This document shows, one piece after another, positions 29,589 through 39,075 of a stretch of DNA of 50,185 nucleotides. Each line of letters opens with the position of its first letter. Position 1 is the first letter of the stretch. This DNA comes from a virus. The translations under genes were made by a program, and so were the position numbers. Where the stretch lies: IMG/VR virus record IMGVR_UViG_3300045988_141000; one strand, 5' to 3'. The notes beneath the pieces are model-generated. The model searched no databases, had not been told where the DNA came from, and worked only from the letters and a program-made list of their open reading frames with translations.

Positions 29589-31439
29589 ATGGGCATTTGG
29601 GCCAAGGCGTGGGCGCAAGCCTGTCGCCCGATCTCTCGTTTGACTGGGAGCCAGTGGGCCGACAAGTTCCGCGTTGTTGCGTCTGGTACTTCTCCAGAAG
29701 CCGGCTCTTGGCGCACAAGTCGAACTCCCTACCTACAGGAGCCGATGGATTCAGCAACGGATCGACGCACGGAAATCGTCGTCATGTGTTGCTCGTCTCA
29801 GCTCGGCAAGTCGGAGATGCTCCTGAACATCATGGGCTACTACGCCGATCAGGAGCCCGCGCCTCAGCTTATGCTACAGCCGACCGTTGAAATGGCCGAG
29901 GCGTTCTCGAAGGAGCGCATCGAGCCCATGTTCCAGAACTCTCCAGGCTTGCAAGGCAAGCTCGAAGAAGGAAAGGACGGTCGCGGTTCCGCGAAAAAGT
30001 CAAGCACGACAATTCGCATGAAGCACTTCCCCGGTGGCTACCTTGCCCTTGTCGGTGCGAACTCGCCGGCGGGGCTTGCGTCCCGTCCGATTCGCGTCCT
30101 GCTTTGTGACGAAGTGGACCGCTACGGCGTGACGAAAGAAGGGGACCCTCTGAAGCTTGCCATTCAGCGAACTCAGAACTTCGGAAACCGAAAGATCATT
30201 CTTGTCAGCACGCCGACCATCAAAGGCGCGTCGAAGATTGACGACTGGTACGAACGAAGTGATCAACGTCGCTTCTTTGTCAAGTGCCCGCATTGCGGTG
30301 AGGAACACATTCTGCAATGGGCAAACGTGACCTGGCAGAAAGACGACGAAGGGAATGCGCTGCCGATGACAGCAAGCATGCATTGTCCAGAGTGCGGTTG
30401 CATCACGAGAGGCGCTTACAAGCCCGACCCGAAGCTACTGCAGAGCGGTCGTTGGATTGCAACGAACCCCGGAAGCAAGATCAAGGGCTATCACGTCAAC
30501 GCGCTCTATTCGCCTTGGGTCAATTTGCACGATCTGGTGGAGGAGTTCGTTTCGGTGAACCACAACCGCGACAAACACGGCCTCATGGAGTTCGTGAATT
30601 TGAAGCTCGGCGAGGCCTGGGAGGAAATCAACCCTGACGCCGACAACTGGGAGCAACTGTTCAACCGGCGCGAAAGCTATCCGCCAAACGGCGTCCTCCC
30701 GGAAGGCGTCTTGCTACTGACCGCTGGCATCGACGTTCAGCACGACCGTCTCGAATGCACGGTCTATGGATGGGGCGTCGGGCGGGAGTGTTGGGGCATT
30801 GAACATCGAGTGCTTTATGGCCGCCCGGACGATCCGCGAACATGGCAGCAGCTTGATGCAATCCTGCAGCGGCAGTATTCGATGCAAAACGGCGTCCATG
30901 TTTCGGTCGCTTGCGCCTGCGTTGACTCTGGTGACGGTACCTACACAACGAACGTCTACCAGTACACGAAAGCCCGAGAACGAATGCGCGTTTTCGCGAT
31001 CAAGGGGCGAGGCGGCATCGGTGTCCCGTTCATCAACACGCCGACGAAGAGCAACGCGATGAAGGCAACGCTCTTCACGCTCGGTGTTGACAGCGGAAAG
31101 TCGCTTGTCATGAACAGGCTTTCCGTGCAGGAACCTGGTCCGAACTTCGCGCACTATGCGGCGCAGGAGGACAGGGGCTTTTCTGAAAACTTCTTCAAGC
31201 AGTTGACCGCTGAGGTGCTTGAAAAACACTTTGAAAAAGGCGTCGTGAAAATGGCGTGGAAGAAAATCCGCGAACGCAACGAGGCCCTTGACTGCGCGGT
31301 CTACGCGACTGCCGCACTCGAATTGCTGAACCCGAACTTCGAGTTCCTTGCCGACTTCTACCAGAACGGCGGGGCACTCAGACAGCAGACCGCTCCCCGC
31401 AAGCCGCGAGGGACGCTGTCGAAGGGAATAACCGTGTAA
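29589..31439 (+). CDS. terL: terminase large subunit, lambda GpA family
   Basis: WADKFRVVASGTSPEAGSWRTSRTPYLQEPMD...VVMCCSSQLGKSE (Walker A-like), zinc-ribbon CPHCGEE...CPECG; 616 aa. Confidence 0.9.
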   Translation: MGIWAKAWAQACRPISRLTGSQWADKFRVVASGTSPEAGSWRTSRTPYLQEPMDSATDRRTEIVVMCCSSQLGKSEMLLNIMGYYADQEPAPQLMLQPTVEMAEAFSKERIEPMFQNSPGLQGKLEEGKDGRGSAKKSSTTIRMKHFPGGYLALVGANSPAGLASRPIRVLLCDEVDRYGVTKEGDPLKLAIQRTQNFGNRKIILVSTPTIKGASKIDDWYERSDQRRFFVKCPHCGEEHILQWANVTWQKDDEGNALPMTASMHCPECGCITRGAYKPDPKLLQSGRWIATNPGSKIKGYHVNALYSPWVNLHDLVEEFVSVNHNRDKHGLMEFVNLKLGEAWEEINPDADNWEQLFNRRESYPPNGVLPEGVLLLTAGIDVQHDRLECTVYGWGVGRECWGIEHRVLYGRPDDPRTWQQLDAILQRQYSMQNGVHVSVACACVDSGDGTYTTNVYQYTKARERMRVFAIKGRGGIGVPFINTPTKSNAMKATLFTLGVDSGKSLVMNRLSVQEPGPNFAHYAAQEDRGFSENFFKQLTAEVLEKHFEKGVVKMAWKKIRERNEALDCAVYATAALELLNPNFEFLADFYQNGGALRQQTAPRKPRGTLSKGITV

Positions 31440-31454
31440 GGAGTTGCAAGTCTA

Positions 31455-32693
31455 GTGCGACAAGAGAAAACGCAGATCGAATACGTTAGCGTTGACAATC
31501 TGAAGGCGTACGAGCGAAATGCTCGAACGCACAGCGACGAGCAGGTACAGCAAGTCGCAGAATCGATCAAAGAGTTTGGGTTCACAAATCCCGTTTTGAT
31601 CGACGAAAACAACGAGCTCATTGCAGGCCACGGTCGAACAATGGCCGCGAAGTCGATCGGCATGAAGGAAGTGCCGGCGATTCGCCTGAAGGGGCTCACA
31701 GCTGCGCAGAAGAAAGCGCTGCGCATTGCCGACAATCAGTTGGCACTGAACGCCGGATGGGATGAGGAGCTTCTCCGCATCGAGCTCGGTGAACTTCAGG
31801 AACTTGACTTCAACCTCGATGTCATGGGCTTCTCTGACGAAGAGCTCGACCTTCTGCTTGATGGGACCGGCTCGATTGATGACGACGAGGAGCACGGGAA
31901 AGACGCTGAGGAAATCGCGGAACCGTCAGAAGACCCGGTTGTCAAGCCTGGCGAACTTTGGCTCCTTGGGGACCATCAGCTGTTGTGCGGAGATTCAACA
32001 CGCATCGATGATCTTGTTCGCTTGTGCGAAGAAGGCAGCGTCGATCTGTATTTGACCGACCCGCCTTACAACGTGGCCTACGAAGGCGCGACGAAAGACA
32101 AGCTGACGATTCAGAACGACAACATGTCGGACGAGAACTTCCGAAAGTTCTTGATTGATGCCTTCTCTACTGCTGATTTTGCCATGAAGCCAGGAGCGTC
32201 TTTCTACATCTGGCACGCGGACGCTGAAGGCTACAACTTCCGAGGCGCGTGCCGAGACAACGCGTGGAAGGTGCGCCAGTGCCTTGTGTGGAACAAAAAC
32301 TCTCTTGTTCTTGGTCGTTCTGACTACCAGTGGAAGCATGAGCCGTGCTTGTACGGCTGGAAGGAAGGCGCGGGGCATGCCTGGTACTCGGACCGTAAAC
32401 AAACGACGGTTCTCGACTTCGATAAGCCGTTGAGGAACGGGGATCACCCGACGATGAAGCCGGTTGATTTGTTTGAGTATCAGATCGGCAATTCCACAAA
32501 GAAGGGCGACGTCGTTCTCGACAGCTTTGCCGGCTCTGGCACGACCGTCATTGCTTGCGAGAACACAGGTCGTAAGGCTCGGGCGATGGAGCTCGATCCA
32601 CGTTACTGCGACGTCATCATCAAGCGATGGCAGGACTTGACGGGAGAGGACGCGGTTCGTGAAGACGGCGTGACGTTCAACGACTGCAAGTAA
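31455..32693 (+). CDS. ParB-like nuclease domain fused to N6-A/N4-C DNA methyltransferase
   Basis: N-terminal NARTHSDEQVQQVAESIKEFGFTNPVLID (ParB/Srx), then DPPYN (motif IV) and HPTMKPVDL...DSFAGSGTT (motif I), beta-class order. Confidence 0.85.
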   Translation: MRQEKTQIEYVSVDNLKAYERNARTHSDEQVQQVAESIKEFGFTNPVLIDENNELIAGHGRTMAAKSIGMKEVPAIRLKGLTAAQKKALRIADNQLALNAGWDEELLRIELGELQELDFNLDVMGFSDEELDLLLDGTGSIDDDEEHGKDAEEIAEPSEDPVVKPGELWLLGDHQLLCGDSTRIDDLVRLCEEGSVDLYLTDPPYNVAYEGATKDKLTIQNDNMSDENFRKFLIDAFSTADFAMKPGASFYIWHADAEGYNFRGACRDNAWKVRQCLVWNKNSLVLGRSDYQWKHEPCLYGWKEGAGHAWYSDRKQTTVLDFDKPLRNGDHPTMKPVDLFEYQIGNSTKKGDVVLDSFAGSGTTVIACENTGRKARAMELDPRYCDVIIKRWQDLTGEDAVREDGVTFNDCK

Positions 32694-32716
32694 TCACAAA
32701 CAAAGGAGGCATCGAA

Positions 32717-32944
32717 ATGTCTTGGATCACCATAGACGAGGCCCGCGCGAATCTGAAGATGTGGCTCGATGCCGAACGCGCGGTCGCCTCTGGCCAGTCT
32801 TACAAAATCGGAACGCGTAGCTTGACGAGAGCTTCGCTCTCAGACATTGCAGCTCGCATCAAATACTGGCGCAACGAGATCGACAAGCTCGAAAACGGCC
32901 GTAAGGGGGCACGTGTAATGCGTGCCGTCCCTCGCGACCTGTAA
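32717..32944 (+). CDS. head-tail joining protein gpW-like
   Basis: 75 aa between terminase and portal; ARANLKMWLDAERAVASGQSYKIGTRSLTRASLSDIAARIKYW fits the gpW pattern. Confidence 0.65.
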   Translation: MSWITIDEARANLKMWLDAERAVASGQSYKIGTRSLTRASLSDIAARIKYWRNEIDKLENGRKGARVMRAVPRDL

Positions 32945-32956
32945 GGAGGCTTGCAA

Positions 32957-34531
32957 ATGAATCTGCTTGACAAAGCAATCAGGGCGATCAGTCCTGAGCG
33001 CGCGTTGAAGCGTTATGAAGCCCGCCGAAAGCTCGAAATTCTCAACAGCGGATATTCGCGGCACGGTGGCTCATACGCCAAGAAGTCCCTTATGGGATGG
33101 CTATCCGGCGGGAGCGACGCGGACGCGGACATCGTTGACAACTTGGAGACGCTTCGCAATCGCTCGCGCGACCTCTATATGGGTTCGCCTCTTGCAACTG
33201 GCGCGCTCAAGACCGTTCGAACGAACGTCGTTGGGTCCGGGCTTGCGCTGAATGCCCAGATCGATGCGAAGTTCCTAGGCCTTACCGAGGAGCAGGCGAA
33301 AGAGTGGGAAGAAAACACCGAACGTGAATGGCGGCTGTGGTCTGAAAGCGTGAACTGCGATGCGGAAAGACGGCAGACGTTCTTTCAGCTTCAGTCTTTG
33401 GTGCTCCTTTCTGCGTTGATGAGTGGCGACGTCTTTGTGACGATGCCGATCATCCCGCGCAAGGGCTGCGCCTACGACTTGCGAATCGGCCTCATCGAAG
33501 CCGACCGCGTGTGCGATCCGCTGAACCCTCCGACGACAGCTAATGTCCTCGGCGGCATCGAGGTCGGGACATACGGCGAGACCGTTGCCTACTGGGTGGC
33601 GAAACATCATCCGGGCGCGATCCCTCGCATTGGTCAGGACCTGCAACAGGAATGGAAGCGCGTGCTGGCTTTCGGCACAACGACGGGGCGTAGAAACGTT
33701 TTGCACATCATGGCAGACGTTGAACGTCCTGCGCAGCGCCGAGGCGTGCCGATGCTTGCTCCGGTCATCGAGGCCTTGAAGCAACTTTCAAGGTATTCGG
33801 AAGCCGAGCTGATGGCGGCGGTCGTGTCCGGAATGTTCACGGTCTTCGTCAAGAGCAACACTCCCGATTCTCCACTCGGACAGGCTTTCAATCCCGCGAT
33901 GCAAGTCGACAAGGACCCGAACGCCTATGAAATGGGTAACGGGTCGATCGTCGCCCTTGACGAAGGTGAAGAGGTCCAGATCGCGGACCCGAGTCGACCG
34001 AATCCGAACTTCGATCCTTTCGTGATCGCTATTTGTCGCCAGATCGGTGCGGCGCTGGAGATCCCTTACGAGCTTCTCGTGAAGAACTTCACAGCGTCCT
34101 ACAGCGCGTCGAGGGCTTCGCTTTTGGAGGCTTGGAAGATGTTCCGCATGCGCCGCGAATGGCTCGTGGGGAACTTCTGTCAGCCGATCTACGAGGAGTG
34201 GCTGACCGAGGCTGTTCTGAAAGGTCGTGTGCAAGCACCCGGCTTCTTCGATGATCCGGCAATCCGTGCAGCTTGGTGCGGGGCCGAATGGTTCGGCGAT
34301 GCGCAGGGACAGCTTGATCCGCTGAAGGAAGCCAACGCGGCGAAGGTCCGTGTCGATGAAGGCTTCAGCACTCGAGAACGCGAGGCGGCTGAGCTCACCG
34401 GCATGAAGTATGACCAGGTTCACGCGGTGCGAAAGCGCGAGGAGGCAATGCGCAGGGAAGACGGTCTGAGTGCGACAGCTCCGGCTCAACCGATGACGGA
34501 ACCGGAGAAGGAGGAAACAGATGAAGAATAA
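32957..34531 (+). CDS. portal protein, lambda family
   Basis: ATG 32957 with AAGGAGG 7 nt upstream; size, position and N-terminal RALKRYEARRKLE...GYSRHGGS pattern match lambda-type portals. Confidence 0.85.
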   Translation: MNLLDKAIRAISPERALKRYEARRKLEILNSGYSRHGGSYAKKSLMGWLSGGSDADADIVDNLETLRNRSRDLYMGSPLATGALKTVRTNVVGSGLALNAQIDAKFLGLTEEQAKEWEENTEREWRLWSESVNCDAERRQTFFQLQSLVLLSALMSGDVFVTMPIIPRKGCAYDLRIGLIEADRVCDPLNPPTTANVLGGIEVGTYGETVAYWVAKHHPGAIPRIGQDLQQEWKRVLAFGTTTGRRNVLHIMADVERPAQRRGVPMLAPVIEALKQLSRYSEAELMAAVVSGMFTVFVKSNTPDSPLGQAFNPAMQVDKDPNAYEMGNGSIVALDEGEEVQIADPSRPNPNFDPFVIAICRQIGAALEIPYELLVKNFTASYSASRASLLEAWKMFRMRREWLVGNFCQPIYEEWLTEAVLKGRVQAPGFFDDPAIRAAWCGAEWFGDAQGQLDPLKEANAAKVRVDEGFSTREREAAELTGMKYDQVHAVRKREEAMRREDGLSATAPAQPMTEPEKEETDEE

Positions 34532-35600
34532 GTTTTGGAACGTCAAGGCCGAGGGGAAACGGGCGCAGCTCGATCTTTTCGGCTATGTCGGCGGGTCGAA
34601 GGACGATCCGTGGGGGAAGGGCTTCAACGAGGCTGAATTCCTCGCGGACTTCCGAAAAATCCCGTCCGATAGCCCTCTTGATATTTCGATCAATTCGTTC
34701 GGCGGGGCCGTCTATACGGGCTTGTCCATTTATTCGCTTCTAAAGGCGCATAAGGGACAGATTACCTTCCGAATTGACGGCGCTGCCATGAGTGCTGCGA
34801 CGATCATCACGAGCGTGCCTGGCGCGAAAGTCGTCATGCCGAGGGGCTCAATGATGATGATCCACAAGGTCAGCTCTGGCGTCTGGGGGAACACGGACGA
34901 CATGAGAAAGGCGGCGGACGACATGGAGAAGCTTGAGGACAACCTCATTGACATCTATGTCGAAAAGACCGGTCGCACGGTTGCCGAGATCAAGGAAAAG
35001 GTCAACGCCGAGTCCTATTTCACAGCAGAAGAGGCTGTGGAGTTCGGTCTGGCTGATGAGATTGATGAAACGACGGAGGTCAAGAACACGGCTTCTGGCG
35101 GTTTCGTCATGTTAAACGGCCTGAAGGTAGATTCGCGTTTCTTTGCGAATGCGCCGAAGGGCTTCATTCACGCGGAACAGCCCAAGGCATCCGCAGTTCA
35201 AAAGGAGGTTCACAAGATGAATCTGGAAACGTTGAAAGCGGAACATCCTGACTTGGTGCAGGCGATCCGCGAAGAAGCTATTGCCGAAGGCGCTACGAAT
35301 GAACGCGCACGCATCCAGGCGATCGAAGACATCGCTGTCGCAGGTCATGAAGACCTTGTGAACGCAGCGAAGTTTGACGGCAAGACGACCGCAGAAGCGC
35401 TTGCAGTTCAGATCCTGAAGGCCGACAAGGCTCGCGGCGCACAGATGCTCAAGGATCGCAAGAGCGACGCGAAGGCTCTTGAGGGTATCGAATCGGAAGG
35501 CAATGAAGGCCTTGATCCGAAGGCAGAAGCGAAGGCAAAGCTGGACGCCGAAATGAAGGCGGCCATTGAAGCAGGTGCGCGCGCCTTCGCTCGCAAGTAA
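34521..35600 (+). CDS. ClpP-type head maturation protease fused to scaffold-like coiled coil
   Basis: ISINSFGGAVYTGLSIYSLL...GAAMSAATII...MMIHKVS ClpP-like; C-terminal 160 aa Ala/Lys/Glu-rich. Confidence 0.8.
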   Translation: MKNKFWNVKAEGKRAQLDLFGYVGGSKDDPWGKGFNEAEFLADFRKIPSDSPLDISINSFGGAVYTGLSIYSLLKAHKGQITFRIDGAAMSAATIITSVPGAKVVMPRGSMMMIHKVSSGVWGNTDDMRKAADDMEKLEDNLIDIYVEKTGRTVAEIKEKVNAESYFTAEEAVEFGLADEIDETTEVKNTASGGFVMLNGLKVDSRFFANAPKGFIHAEQPKASAVQKEVHKMNLETLKAEHPDLVQAIREEAIAEGATNERARIQAIEDIAVAGHEDLVNAAKFDGKTTAEALAVQILKADKARGAQMLKDRKSDAKALEGIESEGNEGLDPKAEAKAKLDAEMKAAIEAGARAFARK

Positions 35601-35614
35601 AGGAGGAAGAAGAA

Positions 35615-35977
35615 ATGGCAATGCAAGAAACTCATACGACGACTGTCGACAATCTTTTCGCTGCGTCGCAGATCATGCCGGTTGTTGCTGACAGCATGAT
35701 GGTCAAGACTAGCCAGGGCGTGCTCAAGCGCGGCGCTCTGCTTGATAAGGACGGCACGCTCTGCAAGGTTGACTCTGGGAAGACGACGATTTCTGCAGTG
35801 TATGCAGTCCTTGCCGAGGACGTGGATACGGCTTCCGGCGACAAGGTCGCTGCCGTGTATCTCACCGGCGAATTCAACGAAGATGCTCTTTCTTTTAACG
35901 CTGAGAACAGCGCTGCCGTTGCGGACTTCAAGCCGTCTGCTCGTCAGGTCAGCATCTTCTTCAAGCCGAGCATCTAA
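35615..35977 (+). CDS. head decoration protein (gpD-like)
   Basis: 120 aa directly upstream of the capsid gene; GALLDKDGTL...AVLAEDVD...AAVYLTGEFNEDAL fits the gpD family pattern. Confidence 0.7.
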   Translation: MAMQETHTTTVDNLFAASQIMPVVADSMMVKTSQGVLKRGALLDKDGTLCKVDSGKTTISAVYAVLAEDVDTASGDKVAAVYLTGEFNEDALSFNAENSAAVADFKPSARQVSIFFKPSI

Positions 35978-35998
35978 ATCTCAGGAGGGACTACAACA

Positions 35999-37051
35999 AT
36001 GGCAATTGATATGTTTACTACTCGCACGATGCTCGCGATGGTCGAAGAAGGCCAAAAGAGCAATTCCACCTGGTTGCGCGATCGCTACTTTACGAATCGC
36101 CCGACCTTCCACACCCAGAAGATCGACTTCGACATCATCGGTCGCGGCGGTCGCAAGATTGCGCCCTTCGTCAACCCGAAGGTTGGCGGTGTCGTGCTGA
36201 CGCGCGAAGGCTTCCGCACGGAAAGTTACGAAGCGCCGGAAGTTTCTCCGATGCGCGTGACGACGGCAGAAGACATGCTGAAGCGCCTGCCTGGCGAAAC
36301 GATCTACTCCGCAAAGAGCCCGACGCAGCGTGCTGCCGAAATCCTCGGCAAGGACTTGTCCGACCTCGACGACATCATCACGCGTCGTGAAGAGGTCATG
36401 TGCGCCGAGGCTCTTTTCCAGGGCAAGGTGACGGTCAAGGGCGAAGGCTACGATGAAGTTCTGAACTACTGGGCTCACCTGGAGACGAAGGAGCAGCCGA
36501 AGACTACTTTGGGCACGAAGTGGGACGCTGCTGACGCCGCCCAGATCATGGGCGATCTTCGTACGCTTCGTCGCACGATGATTCAGTCCGGCGGCTTTAC
36601 GCCGCACGAGCTGATCTGCGGCTCGAAGGTGCTTGATACGATCCTCGATAAGCTCACGACTGCCAATCAGCTCGATACGCGTCGCGTCGACATGGGCGCG
36701 ATTGATCCGCAGCACTTGCCGAATGGCGTGACGTACTGGGGCTATCTCAAGGACTCCGGTCTTGACATCTACTCTTATGACGAGTGGTACACGGATGACG
36801 CCGGCAAGGAACAGCCGATGGTTCCCGAAAAACTCTGCATGCTCGCAAGCCCGAACGCGAAGACGATGCTTGCTTACGGCCTGGTTTCCTTGACCGGTGA
36901 TGATGCGGTCAAGTTCTACGAAGGCGCTCGTGTCCCTGATTCTTGGGTTCAGCGCGCCAACCCGTCTGGTCGTATTGTGCAGATCAAGAGCCGTCCGCTG
37001 CCGATCATTCAGCAGATTCACGGCTTCCACGTCATCGAAGCTCTCGCTTAA
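35999..37051 (+). CDS. major capsid protein (lambda gpE family)
   Basis: MFTTRTMLAMVEE...WLRDRYFTN...IDFDIIGRGGRKIAPFVNP typical Phage_cap_E N-terminus; 350 aa. Confidence 0.9.
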   Translation: MAIDMFTTRTMLAMVEEGQKSNSTWLRDRYFTNRPTFHTQKIDFDIIGRGGRKIAPFVNPKVGGVVLTREGFRTESYEAPEVSPMRVTTAEDMLKRLPGETIYSAKSPTQRAAEILGKDLSDLDDIITRREEVMCAEALFQGKVTVKGEGYDEVLNYWAHLETKEQPKTTLGTKWDAADAAQIMGDLRTLRRTMIQSGGFTPHELICGSKVLDTILDKLTTANQLDTRRVDMGAIDPQHLPNGVTYWGYLKDSGLDIYSYDEWYTDDAGKEQPMVPEKLCMLASPNAKTMLAYGLVSLTGDDAVKFYEGARVPDSWVQRANPSGRIVQIKSRPLPIIQQIHGFHVIEALA

Positions 37052-37070
37052 GAGCGACAAAAACCGAATT

Positions 37071-37099
37071 AGGGCAGGCAGTACGACCTGCCCTTTTTC
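37071..37099 (+). terminator. rho-independent terminator after the capsid gene
   Basis: AGGGCAGG-N8-CCTGCCCT followed by T5. Confidence 0.8.
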
Positions 37100-37114
37100 G
37101 TAGGAGGGACAGAA

Positions 37115-37387
37115 ATGAAAGTTGTTCTTTTAGAAAACCTTCTCAGTTCCGGCAAACGCTACACGGCAGGTGAGGAGATCGAGGTTGACGAGACGGTCGG
37201 CCTTCAGCTTCTCAAGGAAAATCTGGCGCTTGTCGGCGTGAATGAGGTCGAGGACGCCCCTGTCGAAGAAGCTCCATTGCCGACGCCGGAAGCTGCTTTT
37301 GCTCCGATTCCCGAAGCAGAAGATGAGCCAGAGGTTGAAGTCAAGCAACCTGTCAAGCGTCGCACGACGAAGAAGGTGGCGGGATGA
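37115..37387 (+). CDS. hypothetical acidic protein
   Basis: 90-aa ORF with AGGAGGGA RBS; Pro/Glu-rich C-terminal half. Confidence 0.5.
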   Translation: MKVVLLENLLSSGKRYTAGEEIEVDETVGLQLLKENLALVGVNEVEDAPVEEAPLPTPEAAFAPIPEAEDEPEVEVKQPVKRRTTKKVAG

Positions 37388-37698
37388 GTGCCTTCAAGGA
37401 TTTCGTTGCTGCTGACGTGCAGAACGTCTTCATCAACCTCGACGAGTTTGCCGAGGAGCACGAAATCGGCCATGAGGTTGTGCCGTGCATTCTCGACAAG
37501 ATCATCACGCAGGCGAACGGCGACGATTCATACCTTGGCGTTTTTGTCAACCAGCTGACGATCTACGTCGAAGTCGGCGTGATTGAAACGCCGGTCGAGG
37601 GCGAGCTTCTCAACATCGACGGCGCGCTTCATCTTGTCAAGTCCGTCAGCAATGAGGGTGGCGTGCTCGTCATTGTGACGGAGGCGAATGAGCAATGA
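37384..37698 (+). CDS. putative head-tail connector protein
   Basis: 104 aa, overlapping start/stop with neighbours; function by position only. Confidence 0.45.
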   Translation: MSAFKDFVAADVQNVFINLDEFAEEHEIGHEVVPCILDKIITQANGDDSYLGVFVNQLTIYVEVGVIETPVEGELLNIDGALHLVKSVSNEGGVLVIVTEANEQ

Positions 37699-38303
37699 GT
37701 AAAGCGCTAGAGGTCATCGTTTCCGACGGACAGGGGCGGTACAAGGACGCTCTTGAGAAGGCCGCTAAGTTGCTCTCGGAAGTTCCGAACGGATACGAGG
37801 CTGCCGTCAGTCGTTCGATGAATCGTGCGGCCACTGCCGGACGCTCTGCCGCGGTCTCAACGATCCGGCAGGAGTACACGATCAAGGCCTCAACGGTGCG
37901 CCGTAACTTCTCCATCCATAAGGCGACGCGCTCAGACCTTGAAGCGCTGGTCACGAGTAAGGGGCCTCGCATTCCGTTGGTGAATTACAAGACTCGTCCG
38001 AAAACCGACACGACCGGCAATACACGAAAGCCGGTGCGCGTCGCCGTCAAGGCACGGGGAGGTTTGAAGCCATTGGGGAAAACGTTTGTCTATCGCGGAA
38101 GGATTCTTCAGCGATTGGGCACAAGTTCGCTTCCTGTGCAAGAGGTTTATGGTCCAGCAATCCCGGTGCTGTCTGGGAATAACGAGGTCGTAGACAACGT
38201 CGAAAAGGCGATGCAGGAGACCTTCCTCAAGCGTCTGGATCACGAAACCGGCTATCTCCTCGGCGGTGGGAACATCAACAAATACACAAAACACAAGGGG
38301 TGA
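37695..38303 (+). CDS. minor tail / head-tail joining protein (gpZ-like)
   Basis: AVSRSMNRAATAGRSAAVSTIRQEYTIKASTVRRNFSI resembles lambda gpZ-type proteins. Confidence 0.5.
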   Translation: MSKALEVIVSDGQGRYKDALEKAAKLLSEVPNGYEAAVSRSMNRAATAGRSAAVSTIRQEYTIKASTVRRNFSIHKATRSDLEALVTSKGPRIPLVNYKTRPKTDTTGNTRKPVRVAVKARGGLKPLGKTFVYRGRILQRLGTSSLPVQEVYGPAIPVLSGNNEVVDNVEKAMQETFLKRLDHETGYLLGGGNINKYTKHKG

Positions 38304-38788
38304 TGCGGATGGTTGAAAACGAACTGACGCGCGCGATCCGTGAACTGGTCGCGGAGGCCGTGAAGAACTTCTCGCTTCCAACGAAACCAGAGCGCGGCTC
38401 TGCAGAGGGCGATCTTCGTGCTCCGCAGGTCGTCAACGGGTATCTGCCGCCGAAGCGTACCGGACAGAAGGACGACTTTCCTTTCGTTCTTGTCCGAGCC
38501 GACGAAGGTGCGACAGACCAAGACTCAACCGAGGTGAGTGTTTCGATCATTGTCGGGACCTACTCCGAAGAGTACGACGGGCACGAATACTGCCTGAACG
38601 TTATGTCCCGCATTCGCACTGCGCTGTGCTCCTTGCCGGGGATGACCTTGGCTAATCGATATCGGCTGAAGCATCCGATCAAGTGGAGCACCTATGCGGA
38701 GCAGCCCTATCCGTACTGGCAGCTCGACATGCAGACGACGTGGGACATCCGCACGCCGCAGCCAATTGATAAGGAGGAGGACTTCTGA
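38300..38788 (+). CDS. putative neck / tail-completion protein
   Basis: 162-aa ORF upstream of the sheath gene; function by position only. Confidence 0.4.
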   Translation: MMRMVENELTRAIRELVAEAVKNFSLPTKPERGSAEGDLRAPQVVNGYLPPKRTGQKDDFPFVLVRADEGATDQDSTEVSVSIIVGTYSEEYDGHEYCLNVMSRIRTALCSLPGMTLANRYRLKHPIKWSTYAEQPYPYWQLDMQTTWDIRTPQPIDKEEDF

Positions 38789-39063
38789 TGACTATGAAGA
38801 AACCCACAACTAAAAAGGCGCAAACCGCCGAGGGAAAGGCCGTCGTCTATATCGGCCCGACCCTTGGCGGTGGTGCACTGATGCGCAATGCGGTGTTTCG
38901 TGCAGGGGAGTTTCCTCCGCACATCGTATCGATGCGCGAAAAGAGTGAGGCCCTGCGCGGTCTCTTTGTCCCGGTGTCTGAACTGGCGACAGCGCGAAAG
39001 CGCATCGGCGTGAAGGGCGACATCCTAAACGCCTATGTGCGTCAACTCAAAAATGAACTCTAA
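38788..39063 (+). CDS. hypothetical protein
   Basis: 91-aa ORF, ATGA overlap with the previous gene. Confidence 0.45.
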   Translation: MTMKKPTTKKAQTAEGKAVVYIGPTLGGGALMRNAVFRAGEFPPHIVSMREKSEALRGLFVPVSELATARKRIGVKGDILNAYVRQLKNEL

Positions 39064-39075
39064 GGAGGTCATCAA

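Noticed and set aside
35981-37060. Long antisense ORFs opposite well-supported structural genes. Examples: 35981..37060 (-), 39025..40584 (-), 33788..34546 (-), 47503..48378 (-), 45837..46505 (-), 20838..21671 (+), 28934..29716 (-).
   Set aside because: They are shadow ORFs of a moderately GC-rich genome. Their translations are Arg/His/Leu/Val-rich, lack RBSs and motifs, and they fully overlap genes with clear family signatures.
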